Shown here piece by piece: positions 22,800 to 34,344 of a stretch of 39,023 nt of DNA. Made by a program: the position numbers and the translations under genes. The notes beneath the pieces are model-generated. The model saw only the letters and a list, made by a program, of their open reading frames with translations. It made no database searches and was not told the DNA's origin. This stretch comes from Octopus bimaculoides (lineage: Eukaryota), in NCBI RefSeq assembly GCF_001194135.2, contig NC_069005.1:14106270-14145292 (forward strand). The letters run 5' to 3'. How positions within the stretch are numbered: position 1 is the stretch's first letter; every line of letters begins with the position of its first letter.

Positions 22800-23590
22800 T
22801 TTTAATGCTGCTACCACCAAATGACCCTTGGCTGCTTTTAGCAGATTCTTTTTTTTTCTGAGGATAATTTGATATCACATACCCCCACTGCTACCCTAGT
22901 CTTAAGAGACCCTGATAAATATTATGAGCGTTGTCCTTCCTTTTTCTTCTGATAAACCTTTAAAAAAAGATTCTTGTCCACATTCTGATCTTTAATGTTT
23001 GGAACATAGTCTAGAATGCTAAGACATTTATAGTTCCTAAAAGTTGTGACCAAATGTTTAGTTTACTCCTGTGCTATAATCAGTGTGAACAGAACCAGCT
23101 GGAATTATCCTACTACGTCTACTGTCATGCAACTCTTAATCTTTTGGAATAGTTTGATATTTACTCTATTACTTTTACTAAAACACAAACACCCTCCCTT
23201 AACTAACTTTGGTTAGTATATTACTGCTTCAGCTGATGACTTGGGCTATTAGCTTTCACAAAACAGTGGAGAAGTTAAAATAGAATTTCTCTCTCTAAAT
23301 TATAATAACAACTACAATATAATTCTCACCCCTCCACCTTTATTTTCCTGATTTGTACTGTCCAGTGGTATTACCAGGCTGTCATCTGCAGTCCCCCTTA
23401 AATATTTGACCTAAATAACTCCTGGAAAATTCTCATTGTATAATTTGAGTGTTGTGGTGGGAATACCAGAGGCTCCACCACACTTATACTAGTCATTCCA
23501 TAGTGTTGTTTTCAAGTAAACTGTCTTTCAACAGGCTCCTACTCTTAACAGTTCATATTTTCTATTTACATAAACCTGGCTGACTGATAA
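22800..23590 (+). pseudogene. Heavily decayed CR1/L2-like LINE ORF2 remnant (APE endonuclease into RT N-terminal region)
   Basis: Motif remnants occur in the expected order across frameshifts: FNA..WL..D (22801-22846), VVLPFSSD (22930-22953; cf. xxSDH), LKY/DLNN (cf. LDPNKSPG), CLSTG (23522-23536), HKPG. Confidence 0.45.
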
Positions 23591-23673
23591 TTTAACACTC
23601 TACACACATGTACATACACAGTTCATTGTGATCTTTTGCATATAGAATACTCAATTTCTAGGCAAGACAGTTT

Positions 23674-23806
23674 CATTATCATCATCATCATCACCATATG
23701 TCTGTTTTCCAAGCTGGCATGGGTTGGACGATTTGACAGGAGCTGGCAAGCCAGAAGATCGCCTCTGGTTTCACTGTCGTTTTGGCATGGTTTTTACAGC
23801 TGGAGT
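23674..23806 (-). mobile_element. RTE-like 3' tail fragment
   Basis: (CAT)n..GTCTGTTTTCCAAGCTGGCATGGGTTGGACG..TTTTTACAGCTGGA. Confidence 0.7.
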
Positions 23807-23825
23807 CCAAAATTTTAGTTTCCTT

Positions 23826-24056
23826 TTCAACTCTTTTGATACCAACCCGGCTGAAACCGGCTCTGGCTCTCTAGTACAAATGTCTCATTTTCATAAGTTT
23901 TGAATTAAAATCTTCCACCAAATCTTAGTCACAATTTATGTTCCTAACACTAGCTTAATGATAACCAAGTTAATTTACTAAATTCTTTGTTATATTTAAA
24001 ATAATTGAAAGAAACACAGAGCATCTCAAAATAAATACAGCAACAAAAGGCTTAAG
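23826..24056. mobile_element. TTAA-type MITE (family M2), decayed
   Basis: ..CAACTCTTTTGATACCAACCC... / ...CAACAAAAGGCTTAA; related to 31144-31535 and 32992-33206. Confidence 0.65.
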
Positions 24057-24436
24057 CCATTTCACTTCATTTGCAAAGGCATGTAACCTATTGCTTCAAA
24101 TGCATCTTTTCACTTGAGCCTTGTAACTAGTCAAAAGAGGCTTAAGTGATACTTAAGCTGGCACATTTTACCATGAGCTTACATGGTAGCAGTGAGCCAC
24201 TCTCTTGACCTTTTGCTTGCCCAAAGCGTTTTCATAAGCTTCTCCTAAATGTCCATGCTATTTTCAGACTTTTAGTTAGCCCTTGTTTCATACATTGAGG
24301 AATGTAAAGCTTTTCCCTTCATGAGTCATAAGTCCCAAGTGGTTGAAAAAAAAGGCAGTGTGTATGACATGCAGAGGACAGACAATGGATTTAAGGTCAA
24401 TTTGTACCACAATTAAGTTCTTCCTTTATATTTATC

Positions 24437-24479
<43 letters not shown>

Positions 24480-24488
24480 GCGCGCGTA

Positions 24489-25327
24489 TTGGGTCGTGCC
24501 ATAAATAATGGGATTTGTTTATCCTTTTTTTATTTTTCAAAATTAAGATAAACAAAGTTCTTTTTTAATCTAAAATATGCCCGCCTTCATTTTCTACAAC
24601 ACTCTTCCAAAATTCACTTGTTTGTGATGAAAAGTACTCCTCCAGTACTGTTCTGACCTCATTTACAGAATTCATATTTTTTCCGTCCAAATGATTTTGA
24701 AGACTGCGGAATAAATGATAATCAGATGTGGCAATGTCTGGTGAATATGGTGGGTGGGGTATTGTTTCCCATTCAAACTGCTCCAGCTTTTGGAATGTCA
24801 TCCTTGCTGTATGTGGCTGAGTATTATCATGATGGAAGAATACCTTTCGTCTTGAAACCAAAGATGGTCATTTTTCTTCTAGCGCTGGTGTCAATGAATG
24901 GTTGAATGACCAAATCCAAGCTTCTCTGCTGGTTCCTCAACAGTTACGATGAGATTTTGTTCCACCAGGGTCTGTAGGATGTTCTTGTTGAACTCTACAG
25001 AACTTCCAGGACGATGCTCATCTTCTAGACTGTAGTTTCCGGCTAACACTTATTGTCTGATCTCCATATACTGCATTGCATTGTTGCCTTTATTGAACTC
25101 ATAAAGCAAAATATGCTGAATATGCTCCTCTGTTACTTCCATTATAGCTTTGAAAAAATAACTGTTAAAATTGAATGGCACTCTTCAAAACTTGCACTAA
25201 GAATAAGTACAAGATAAAATTACTACTTGTTTATCTAGCAAGTTGATGCAGGTAGTTTATTTCCTCTCCCTCCAAATTTTAGTTCATGCAATTGAAAAAA
25301 AACCGCATTATTTATGGGATGACCCTA
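24489..25327 (-). mobile_element. Mariner DNA transposon, internally deleted (839 bp), TA TSD
   Basis: TA|TTGGGTCGTGCCATAAATAATGGGATTT at left; the right end reverse-complements to TA|TAGGGTCATCCCATAAATAATGCGGTTT; transposase remnants lie between. Confidence 0.9.
24565..25142 (-). pseudogene. Mariner transposase pseudogene (DD34D)
   Basis: N-terminal MEVTEEHIQHILLYEFNKGNNA...SLEDEHRPG from ATG at 25142. C-terminal HHDNTQPH...PHPPYSPDIATSDYHLFRSL with 34 residues between the last two catalytic D. Central part deleted; frameshifts and stops present. Confidence 0.9.
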
Positions 25328-25812
25328 TACACACACACGCACGTACGCACATATACGTGTGTGTGTGTGTGTGTGCATACACACATTTACACATGCATAT
25401 AAACAAATTATTTGCTAGCTCTGTGATTTTGGAAGATGTATAACTGTTATGGGTTAACAAAAGAAAGGCAGAACAATACTTGAATATATATTCTTCTAAC
25501 CCATGCTAACATGGGGAAATGGATGTAAAAATAAACAAATGTTTGTGTGTGTGCACGTGTGTTAAACCTCAATAGATCATTGCTACATAGCTCCAAGTTT
25601 TGAGATATGTTGTCATTGACATGGAGTTATGTACTATTTGTAACCTATTATTGTTTTACAATTAGTGTTTCAGCTAATTAATTACCAAGTGTCTTCTTGT
25701 ATAAAATACGGGGAAGCCAACTAGTTGAATCATTCCTTATAGTTGCAGATTTTTTAAAATTCAGTAATCTATTTACAGCATTGTACTTTGTAAACGATAT
25801 TCTATTGTTTTG

Positions 25813-25815
<3 letters not shown>

Positions 25816-25860
<45 letters not shown>
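25816..25860. repeat. (GA)n microsatellite
   Basis: Perfect GA run. Confidence 0.97.
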
Positions 25861-25864
<4 letters not shown>

Positions 25865-26249
25865 TGCACCCAACAAGTTGAATACTAAACAAAATTCATT
25901 CTGTTGTTGTATTTTACTGTTGATGATTGAGGCATTTAATTATTGCTATCTCAGTACACCAAGCTGTAAATAAGATATGACAGGTGGAGGTTTTTACACC
26001 AGTCTGTTTGTGTTAGCATCGTGTATTATATCATTTTTAATATTCAGCTCAGAATTTCACATGACATGAACAAAATCTACAAAAGATCATTGCTCTATCA
26101 AGGAAAGGAAGTATCTTATTGACTCGATAATGCTTTGAAAACTTGAGATAAGATTCAGTACACTACATTGGTACTTCCAGCAGTGGTGATGTATAAAAAG
26201 ATATGTCTGATTGTTGTTTTTAAAGTATTTTTATGTTAGCTACCTACTG

Positions 26250-26688
26250 TCATCATTATCATGTCCACTTCTCCGTGTTCGCATGGATCAAATGGAATTT
26301 GGTAAGATGGATTTTTCTACAGCTGGATGCTCTTCCAGTCACCCACCCTCCACTTGTTTCCAAGTTAGGTTAGGGTTAGAGTATTTTCTCATCACCATAT
26401 ATTTTTGTGGAAGATTGGTGACTAAGGACACCATTTGCATGATGGTGACAACTATCACATGATGTGAAGGCAAAGAGACTAACACATGCATACATATATA
26501 TATACACATACACATGCATATACATATACATGACAGGCTTTCAGTTTCTTCCTACCAAATGCACTCAGAAGGCTTTGGTTGACCTGGGGCTATAGTAGAA
26601 GACACTTACCCAAGGTGTGCCATTCTGTGGGACTGACCCTGTAAAAATGAGGTGGGAAGCAAATTTATCACACAGCCATGTCTGCATC
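26250..26688 (-). mobile_element. SINE family C, full length, decayed
   Basis: RTE-like tail at left, (CA/TA)n middle, head ..CACAGCCATGTCTGCATC at right. Confidence 0.7.
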
Positions 26689-26949
26689 TTTAAGTTAGAA
26701 CATAGGTTTGCTTCGACTCAGTAGTATTGGCAGCAGATATGTGGTATTTTGTAGGAAATGAAAAATGATGACATTTTCATACTGATGATTTTCCAAATAA
26801 CAAGCAATGTACTTTCTAGTTATAGTTAAAGTCAATGATGCATGCAATATTATTGAATTTTAACATTTTGGAAAGAACACCAAGAAACTTAGTCTTTCTG
26901 TTGAGTCAATAAAGACACATTAGAAAAGGACAAAGGGACACTTTTGCTT

Positions 26950-27080
26950 GTCAAATCCATTCGAGGCTTTGGTCAGTCTAGGGTTATAGTAGAAGGCCAA
27001 ACAAAGTGCCATTCAATGGACTGAACTCAAGACCACATGGTTGGGAAGCAAGTTTCTCATCCACACAACCATTTCTGCAC
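26950..27080 (-). mobile_element. SINE head fragment (family B/C)
   Basis: CAAATCCATTCGAGGCTTTGGTC...GGACTGAACTCAAGACCACATGG. Confidence 0.6.
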
Positions 27081-27359
27081 CTCTCTCTGTCTCTCTCTCT
27101 CACCACACACAAAATAAATTTTTTGTTGTTGTTTGGCCCAGATCAAACCTACCTGTTACAAAAGATGTTCCAGCTCTGACCATGTCTTTTTGTGTATCAG
27201 AAACATTGTCCAAATGTCCTTTCTTTTTCATGATGATTGTGATATAAGGGAGCTTTGGTTGCTTAGCCCCAAATTAGCTCTGATATGGTAAAAGTGTATT
27301 CTTGCCATAACTAGTTTATTTGTATTTTAGAGACTGCATGTTTGCTGCTGCTGCTTGAT

Positions 27360-27630
27360 GAGGCTGGGGGCTTTCCCAGGTTAGTGGTCACATACGTCAT
27401 CATATGTAGAAGTGACCAGGTCTGCCGTCACTGGCAGGCCTGTTCCAGCCTCTTTGTATCCTCCAAGGGGACATTGAGCTTCTGGTAACCTTCCCCAATC
27501 ATGAACTACTGAGGCTTTACTCTCATTCGACGCAACAGCTGCAAGAGGCCTTGTAGCAGACCCCACTCCAGATGACTAGACATGATTGGGGAAGATCTCC
27601 AGAGGCTCAGCGTCACCTTGAAGGAAGGTA
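27360..27630 (+). pseudogene. Decayed RTE-clade LINE ORF C-terminal fragment
   Basis: 27543-27629 reads KRPCSRPHSR*LDMIGEDLQRLSVTLKEG (cf. KRPRGRPRTRWLDxIxxDL); preceded across a frameshift by LPQS*TTEALLSFDATAA. Confidence 0.55.
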
Positions 27631-28980
27631 TTAGAGACTGTAGTTTGTTCTTTTTCTAACAGCATAAATAAAGATAGTTTCATTTGTAGGCTTTAATGTG
27701 CATATAGATATTGTAGCTATATGACAGGAATTTACTTCATTGACCACTTGAACTTGTTGAAATGAAGATTCCTAAATCCCTCCTGTAATTCTGAACTTCA
27801 GATTCAATTACACAATTACATCATAATGTCACCAGAATCAATTGAATGAAATCTTAAATCTATCAACACTGATATATGTAGGGTCTTGAATGATCATAGT
27901 CTTAAGTTTTAAATTGAATCAGTATCATTCAACATATTTAATAATGTACTTGAGTTTTCAAATATGTTGAACTTTGAGTGAATGATTACATGTAAAAAAA
28001 GAAACAACAAAAAGCATTTGTTTCTAAGTGACTAACAAACAATATTGGAAGAGAACTTTTTGACTGAAAACTCAAGACAATCTCACTTTGAGTTGAGTCA
28101 TGCTAGATTTTTTGGTGTTCTCACAAGGCATCCATGTTATGTTAGATATAATGATTACCTTTTGGTAGGTATTAATACTACTTCCATCACTAATAATTGA
28201 TTGTAATAAAATAGAATAAATCGATAAATATTTACAATATTTCAGTATTTTGTTTTGTATGACACTTTTTCCCCAAAATATAATCCCATTTTTTAATTCT
28301 TGTTAACCTAAATAAAATTGGAAGTCATTCGCTCCCCCTCAATAACACTCCTGTGCTTTTGACTTTTAATACAAAATGATTTTGAAGTGCATAAAACGAT
28401 GTCACTCTGAAATTTAATATAGGATGATTGTAATTATATTTACTTGTGAAATGGACTGATCTTGTTATCTCTCTGTACGTGCTTTCACACTGATGACAGT
28501 CATTATATTCATGTTGCCATATGTTAAGGACTACATGAAAGTACAATTTGTATATTCTTGAAAATAGCTATGGCCATACAAGTACTGTCCATTAATGTAT
28601 CTATTTAAAACAAAAAAAGTTGAAAATTATCAATGAAAGTGTGAGATGGTATATTTGGGAAGATGTGACTAATAATTATAACAATTAGTGAGAAAAACAA
28701 TGTTATTAATATTGTATTTCATGCTGTTTTCAATCAATATACGAGTTTGTGTGTGTGTGTGTGTGTGTGCATGCATGTGGTTGTATGTATTTGTGTGGCT
28801 TGTTGTTGGATGTGGACTGTTTTAGGAATAAATAGAGATTGATTTCATGAGATGAAAAGATTGAGGTAAACTCAGTTTTGTATAAAAGCTGTTTAGCTTA
28901 TATAACTGATTACCCTGTTTTGTTCGTGTGCAAAGACCACAAAAACCAACAGAAAGTGCTGAAGGGAACTTCATATATTT

Positions 28981-29180
28981 AGATAGATAGATAGATAGAT
29001 AGATAGATATCCATCGACCTCAAAAGACTATAGATCTGTGCCTGGAGAATTTTGTGTCAGCTGCTAATCGCGGTGCAGTCTTCTGTGGCTGTACAGGCCC
29101 ACATGGGAATGACAGTCTTGCATGCAGTGACTACATTTGAAGATGCTCTCCACCAGCACTTCTGTGTTTTCCCCTTCTTT
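28981..29180 (-). pseudogene. 3' end of an RTE (BovB-like) LINE with C-terminal Cys/His motif and (ATCT)n tail
   Basis: FKCSHCMQDCHSHVGLYSHRRLH* (cf. C..C.R.C.SRIGL.SH.R.H), then a short UTR and a minus-strand (ATCT)n tail at 28981-29008. Confidence 0.7.
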
Positions 29181-29290
29181 GTGTGGGTGTTTTATGTCTG
29201 TTTTCCATGCTGGCATGGTTTGGATGCTGTGAGAGGAGCTGGTAAGCCAGAGGACTGCACCAAACTCCACTGTCTGATAACGTAAAGTGC

Positions 29291-29504
29291 ATTCTTTTAC
29301 TTGTTTCAGTCATTTGACTGTGGCCATGCTGGAGCACTGCCTTTAGTCGAGCAAATCAACCCCAGGACTTATTCTTTGTAAGCCTAGTACTTATTCTGTC
29401 GGTCTCTCTTGCCGAACCGTTAAGTTTTGGGGACGTAAAACACACCAGCATCGGTTGTCAAGCGATGTTGGTGGGGACAAACACAGATACACAAACATAT
29501 ATAT

Positions 29505-29555
<51 letters not shown>

Positions 29556-29721
29556 TACGATGGGATTCTTTCAGTTTCCGTCTACCAAATCCACTCACAA
29601 GGCTTTGGTCGACCCAAGGCTATAGTAGAAGACACTTGCCCAAAGTGCCACGCAATGGGACTGAACCCGGAACCATGTGGTTGGTAAGCGAGCTACTTAT
29701 GACACAGCCACTCCTGTGCCT
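29291..29721 (-). mobile_element. SINE family B, full length, relatively young
   Basis: Minus head AGGCACAGGAGTGGCTGTGTC...CCGGGTTCAGTCCC (B-box), internal (TA)/(TG) tract, tail ..CCAGCATGGCCACAGTCAAATGACTGAAACAAGTAAAAGAAT; many CpGs retained. Confidence 0.85.
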
Positions 29722-29940
29722 ATTAAAGTGTTGGTAGCCGGCTATGAGACTTGAGCTCACACCTCTATGATTACGCATTGCAGTGCTCTGAACCATTAAG
29801 CTAAACCGCCCTCACCATGTGTATGACTATAACAACTGATATCTATTATAATCATAAATAACACTCTTCTTTTGGTATTGAGTGCTGTTTCACCCTTCTT
29901 GCTTATACACACATACTCTCTCCCCCTTTCTCTACACATC

Positions 29941-30311
29941 ATTGTCATCATCATCATCATTTTAACATCCAGTTGCATGGGTTGAGTGGAAGTTATTCAG
30001 GAGGATTCTCTACAGCCAGACACCCTTCTTATCACTAAACCTTACTGGTTTCCAAGTGTGGTAATATTTCCACATGATTTTGCAAAATATTGGAATTGAA
30101 TCACATTCATTTACAACAATCATACAGTATCAAAACAAAGAGACACATATACGTGTGCGCATGCATGATATGGGCTTACTTCTGTTTCTGTCTACCAAAT
30201 GTACTTACAAGGCTTTTATCAGATCAGGGCTATAGTAGGACACACTTGCCCAAGATTCCACATAGTCGACTGAACCTGAAGCCATGCGATTGAGAAGTGA
30301 ACTTCTTACCA
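29941..30311 (-). mobile_element. SINE family C, decayed; followed by another RTE-tail fragment (~30315-30450)
   Basis: (CAT)n tail at left; CAAGGCTTT..CACTTGCCCAAG head at right. Confidence 0.65.
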
Positions 30312-31143
30312 CCTCATTTAACATCTATATTCCATATTGGCATGGGCTGGACTATTTAACAGGATCAGACTAGCCAGAGTGCTGCATTGTGCTCTGTCTG
30401 CTTTGGCAAGGTTTCTATGGTTGGTTGCTCTTTCTAATACCAACCACTTAGATTTATCACCCCCCCCCCTTTTTTTGTAGAAGCAACACTAGCAAGGGCA
30501 CCAAATAACTCACAAGATAAAACCACTTGATGGAATTGAAGGAAGTGGTTTTGTTCCAGATGCCCCATCATTCCATCTCTCAAGCATTAACATACCTGGG
30601 ATTACAGTGTCCACTGTACCCCTCCTCTTTTGAGCTTTAAGGGAGATTTGTCTGCTATTTCTAGCAAGGTGGACAACCACATAAACACTCCCTCTTTGAT
30701 ACATTTTATTCTGGTGATAGGAAACAATCTACTGACTCTACAAAAGAACAGCAGAACTAGGGTTTGTCTCTATCTCACCTGTTTGTCTTTTCCCTCTGAT
30801 TTCTCTGAATACTTTACTATCCAACAAGGTATTTTATCTATAACCTGACAAACATCCCTGTTGGTTGTAATAAAATGGTATTTATTTTCTGGATCTTACA
30901 ATCTCATAAGAATAATTATGTCAAAAACAATACATATTTTCATTTTATCCTAAAGATTATCATTGTCAGTTTGCTATTTTGTTGCTAGGCGGGTATTGCT
31001 ACTCTGTTTTACACACTATTGTTTTTCCAAGCCTGTGTTATTTCTGATTAATAAAATTTATAGTAATCATGTGCGTCTACTTGAGCAGAGTGCTAATCTG
31101 CATAGATAGATCTGCTTGTGTATGGCTGTTTTCAAGTACATAT

Positions 31144-31535
31144 TTAACCCTTTTGTTACCATATTTCTGTTGAAATACACTGCCTTTCATCATCATCATT
31201 ATTTAATGTCCATTTTCCATGCTGGCATGGGTTGGATGGTTTGACCAGAACTGGTGAGGCCAGGGGCCCTACCAGGCTCCATTTGTTTTGGTTTGGTTTC
31301 TACAGCTGGACACCTTTCTTAATGCCAACCACTCCACAGAGTATACTGCCTTTGTTTCAATTAATTTTCAAAATAACAAAGAATTTAAGTAGAATAACTT
31401 TCTTATTATTAAGCTTGGTGTGGAACAATTTAGCATAAAATATTGATGGAAGATTATAATTTAGACCACTTTAAAACAGTAAGTTTGTCATAGAACCTGG
31501 GGTGGTCTAAGGCTGGTTCGCATCAGAAGGGTTAA
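31144..31535. mobile_element. TTAA-CCC MITE (family M2) interrupted by an RTE-tail insertion
   Basis: TTAA-CCCTTTTGTTACC... / ...CATCAGAAGGG-TTAA. Confidence 0.75.
31188..31344 (-). mobile_element. 5'-truncated RTE-like tail insertion with 9-bp TSD
   Basis: ACTGCCTTT at 31179-31187 and 31345-31353 flanks the (CAT)n-led fragment. Confidence 0.8.
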
Positions 31536-32211
31536 GTAAACAAATAGAAATCTATTTCATTGGCCAGCTTTGTGCTAATGCAACTTACTTTTCAAGGCTT
31601 CTGCAACTTATACAGTAATGGTTAATAAATTTAAGTACTTTGAGATGAGAACCAAGTTAAGTATCACCATTAATTTTTTGTTGGTTTCATTCAGACACTG
31701 GTCCATCTTGGGGCATGACTTTCAAGGCTTTTCGTCACTTGTATCATCAACCCCAGTATTTAGTCTGGCACTTGTTTCATTGATTCGTATTTATTGAATG
31801 GCTAAGTCAACATATTGAATTATATTCCCCTTTTCTAAGGAGGTAATTTGTTTTTGAAATGAATACTGCAATACAGTGTGTGTGTGTGTACATACACAAA
31901 TACACATGTCCGTGTGTTTTTAGAATGGACATAGAAATGAAATATCATTCATATTGTTTTCCCATTGATTTTTTTCTGTTTAATATATTTTACTCTCTTT
32001 ATGTATTATAGCATATATTACAATGGATGCCACTGTGTACATGACTATGCATCCACAACATGTAGATAGATGTTGAGTTTAATATATTATATTGAGCTCT
32101 AATGTAATTGGTTATTTGTTGTACAAAAACAACACATTGTAATGTTTTTGGGTGAGTGTGTATCAATAAGTTATCTGTGTGTGTGTGTGTGTGTGTGTGT
32201 TTCTTATACTA

Positions 32212-32850
32212 GCATCATCATCAATATCATCATTTTTCATGTTTACATGCGTCAAACAGAATTTGCTGAGTCAAGACTTCCTATGGTTGGATGCCCTGCC
32301 TGCCACCAACTTTCACCTGTTTCCCCTTGACCAGATATGTTTGTCACAGAATATTGGAGACAGAGACTGCTAGCATGACAGCATGACTCTCATTTACAAC
32401 TGTCACAATGTCAAAGCAAACAAACAGTAAGATATGCATGCACGCACATTCAAAACAGATTGATCCGGATTCCGTGCTACTTCAAGTTTTGCAAGCCCCT
32501 AATGGAGCCTGTCTCCTCAGGCTGGTGTGATATCTGAATGAATGGAGAAGTATAAGAAGTCTGTTCATTCAGATATCACACCAGCCTGAGGAGACCAGCT
32601 CCATTAGGGGCTTGCAAAACTTGAAGTAGTACGGAATCTAAATCAAAATATCTTGAATAATACATGTTACTCTCAATAAATGTGTTGAGTTCCCTTTCTT
32701 TCATTTGTCCCCCCCACTCCCACATGAATGATAATCTTCTTTCAGTTTCTGTCTACCAAATCCACACACAAGGCTCTGGTCAACTTTGGCTAGGATGAAG
32801 CTCTTTGCTCAACGTACCACATTGTGGGATTGAAACCATAAAACTAAGAA
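32212..32850 (-). mobile_element. SINE family C split by an inserted fold-back element
   Basis: Tail at 32212-32450 and head at 32723-32850 are collinear once ~32451-32722 is removed. Confidence 0.65.
32468..32638. repeat. 75-bp inverted repeat (72/75) with 21-nt loop (family H4)
   Basis: 32468-32542 vs the reverse complement of 32564-32638. Confidence 0.95.
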
Positions 32851-32905
32851 GGATACTTTTTATATCCATCTTATTGTTACATCTGCTGTCTCTTGACAGA
32901 AGTGA

Positions 32906-32955
<50 letters not shown>

Positions 32956-32991
32956 GTTTAATATATTGAAGTTTCCATTTTATGCCACTGG

Positions 32992-33206
32992 TTAACCCTT
33001 TTGATATTAACCCATCTGAAATTACCCCTGATTCTATGATACGAACTTCCTGCTTGTATCTCAGCTAAAACCTCCATTAAATTTCTTCGTTAATGTATGT
33101 TCCTACCTCCAGTTTAACAATAAGGTTACTTTACTAAATTCTTCATTGTTTTCAAGATGAATTGAAACAAAGTATTTCAGCAGAATTATGGTCACAAAAG
33201 AGTTGG
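32992..33206. mobile_element. TTAA-CCC MITE (family M2)
   Basis: TTAA-CCCTTTTGATATTAACCC... / ...GGTCACAAAAGAGTTG. Confidence 0.65.
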
Positions 33207-33289
33207 CTTCTGTGAATGAGTATTGGAGTGTCTGACCAACCACATAATAAGTTAGGATGTTATAGCTGTAACAAATAATGGGTTTGTAT

Positions 33290-33890
33290 CTGTGATAGCT
33301 GTGTGATTAATTAGCTTGCTTTGCAGTCATGTGGTTTTGGGTTCAGTCCTACTGCACAGCATCTTGGGCAAGTGTCTTCAACTTTAGCTGTGGGCCAACC
33401 AATGCCTTGTGAATGAATTTGGTAGACGGAAACTTTGAAGGACTGTTGTGTGTGTGTGTGTGTTATCTCTCATACGAACAGGCATCACTTTGCATCCAGC
33501 ATCAGTTTAATCACATACCCATAACTTGGCAGTTTGGCAAAAGAGATCAATAAAATAAGTACCAGATTTAGTAGCCCTTTAGCATTCAGATTAATCTGTC
33601 AAATGTAATGCTTATTGATTCACATTGTTTTAATTTAATCATGCATTATCTTGTAGCTTCAAGATTATGATGATGTAATTGTTTCTTTTGAAAATGACAT
33701 CGTAAGGTAGGTGTGAGGGGCCAGATCTGGTTGGCTTGGATAGAAAACCCGGTAGAATATTTAGGCTGGATATGCTGGTTTAAATGCTAAAGGGTTAAGT
33801 AAGTATTGGGGTTGATTTGTGTGACAAAAACCCCTTAAGGTGGTGCCCCAGCATGGCTGGTCCAATGACTGACTGAGACAAGATAAAAGA
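33290..33890 (+). mobile_element. SINE family B interrupted by an M1 MITE
   Basis: Head GCTGTGTGATT..GGGTTCAGTCC; body breaks after AATAAGTACCAGATTTAG and resumes GTAAGTATTGGGGTTGATTTG at 33799. Confidence 0.75.
33575..33798. mobile_element. TTAA-CCC MITE (family M1)
   Basis: CCCTTTAGCATT... / ...AATGCTAAAGGG-TTAA. Confidence 0.8.
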
Positions 33891-34344
33891 TTCTAGAGTA
33901 TTATCTGTCACATTAACAGGTAACTTTGGAAGTATACTTTTGTCACTGTAAATAATATCAAGAAATATGTCGTATAAACAATAATTATAATTTCGCTTTT
34001 ATGAAATTTCTTGGTGCTTATATAAAATGATGAAATAATACTAATTTTAAAAGAAAGATATTTATTACTGTGAAATTTAAATAAAACTAATTTCTCATTT
34101 GTATATTTGCGATAAATATAAGTTATTTTTCTAAATTTTATGAATATAATCACAGTCAACTCCATTGAAAATCTATCTGCAAAATTTCATTAAAAATTTG
34201 TATTTCTTTGAATGTTATGAGACACCCATTTGCATCTCTTACATTAATTCTGTATCTTTCTGTTTTCTTACTTTTTCTCCCACTTTTTCTATATGATTTA
34301 AAGTGTGATGAGAGAAATCCACCAATCAGCATTTATATTGAGAT

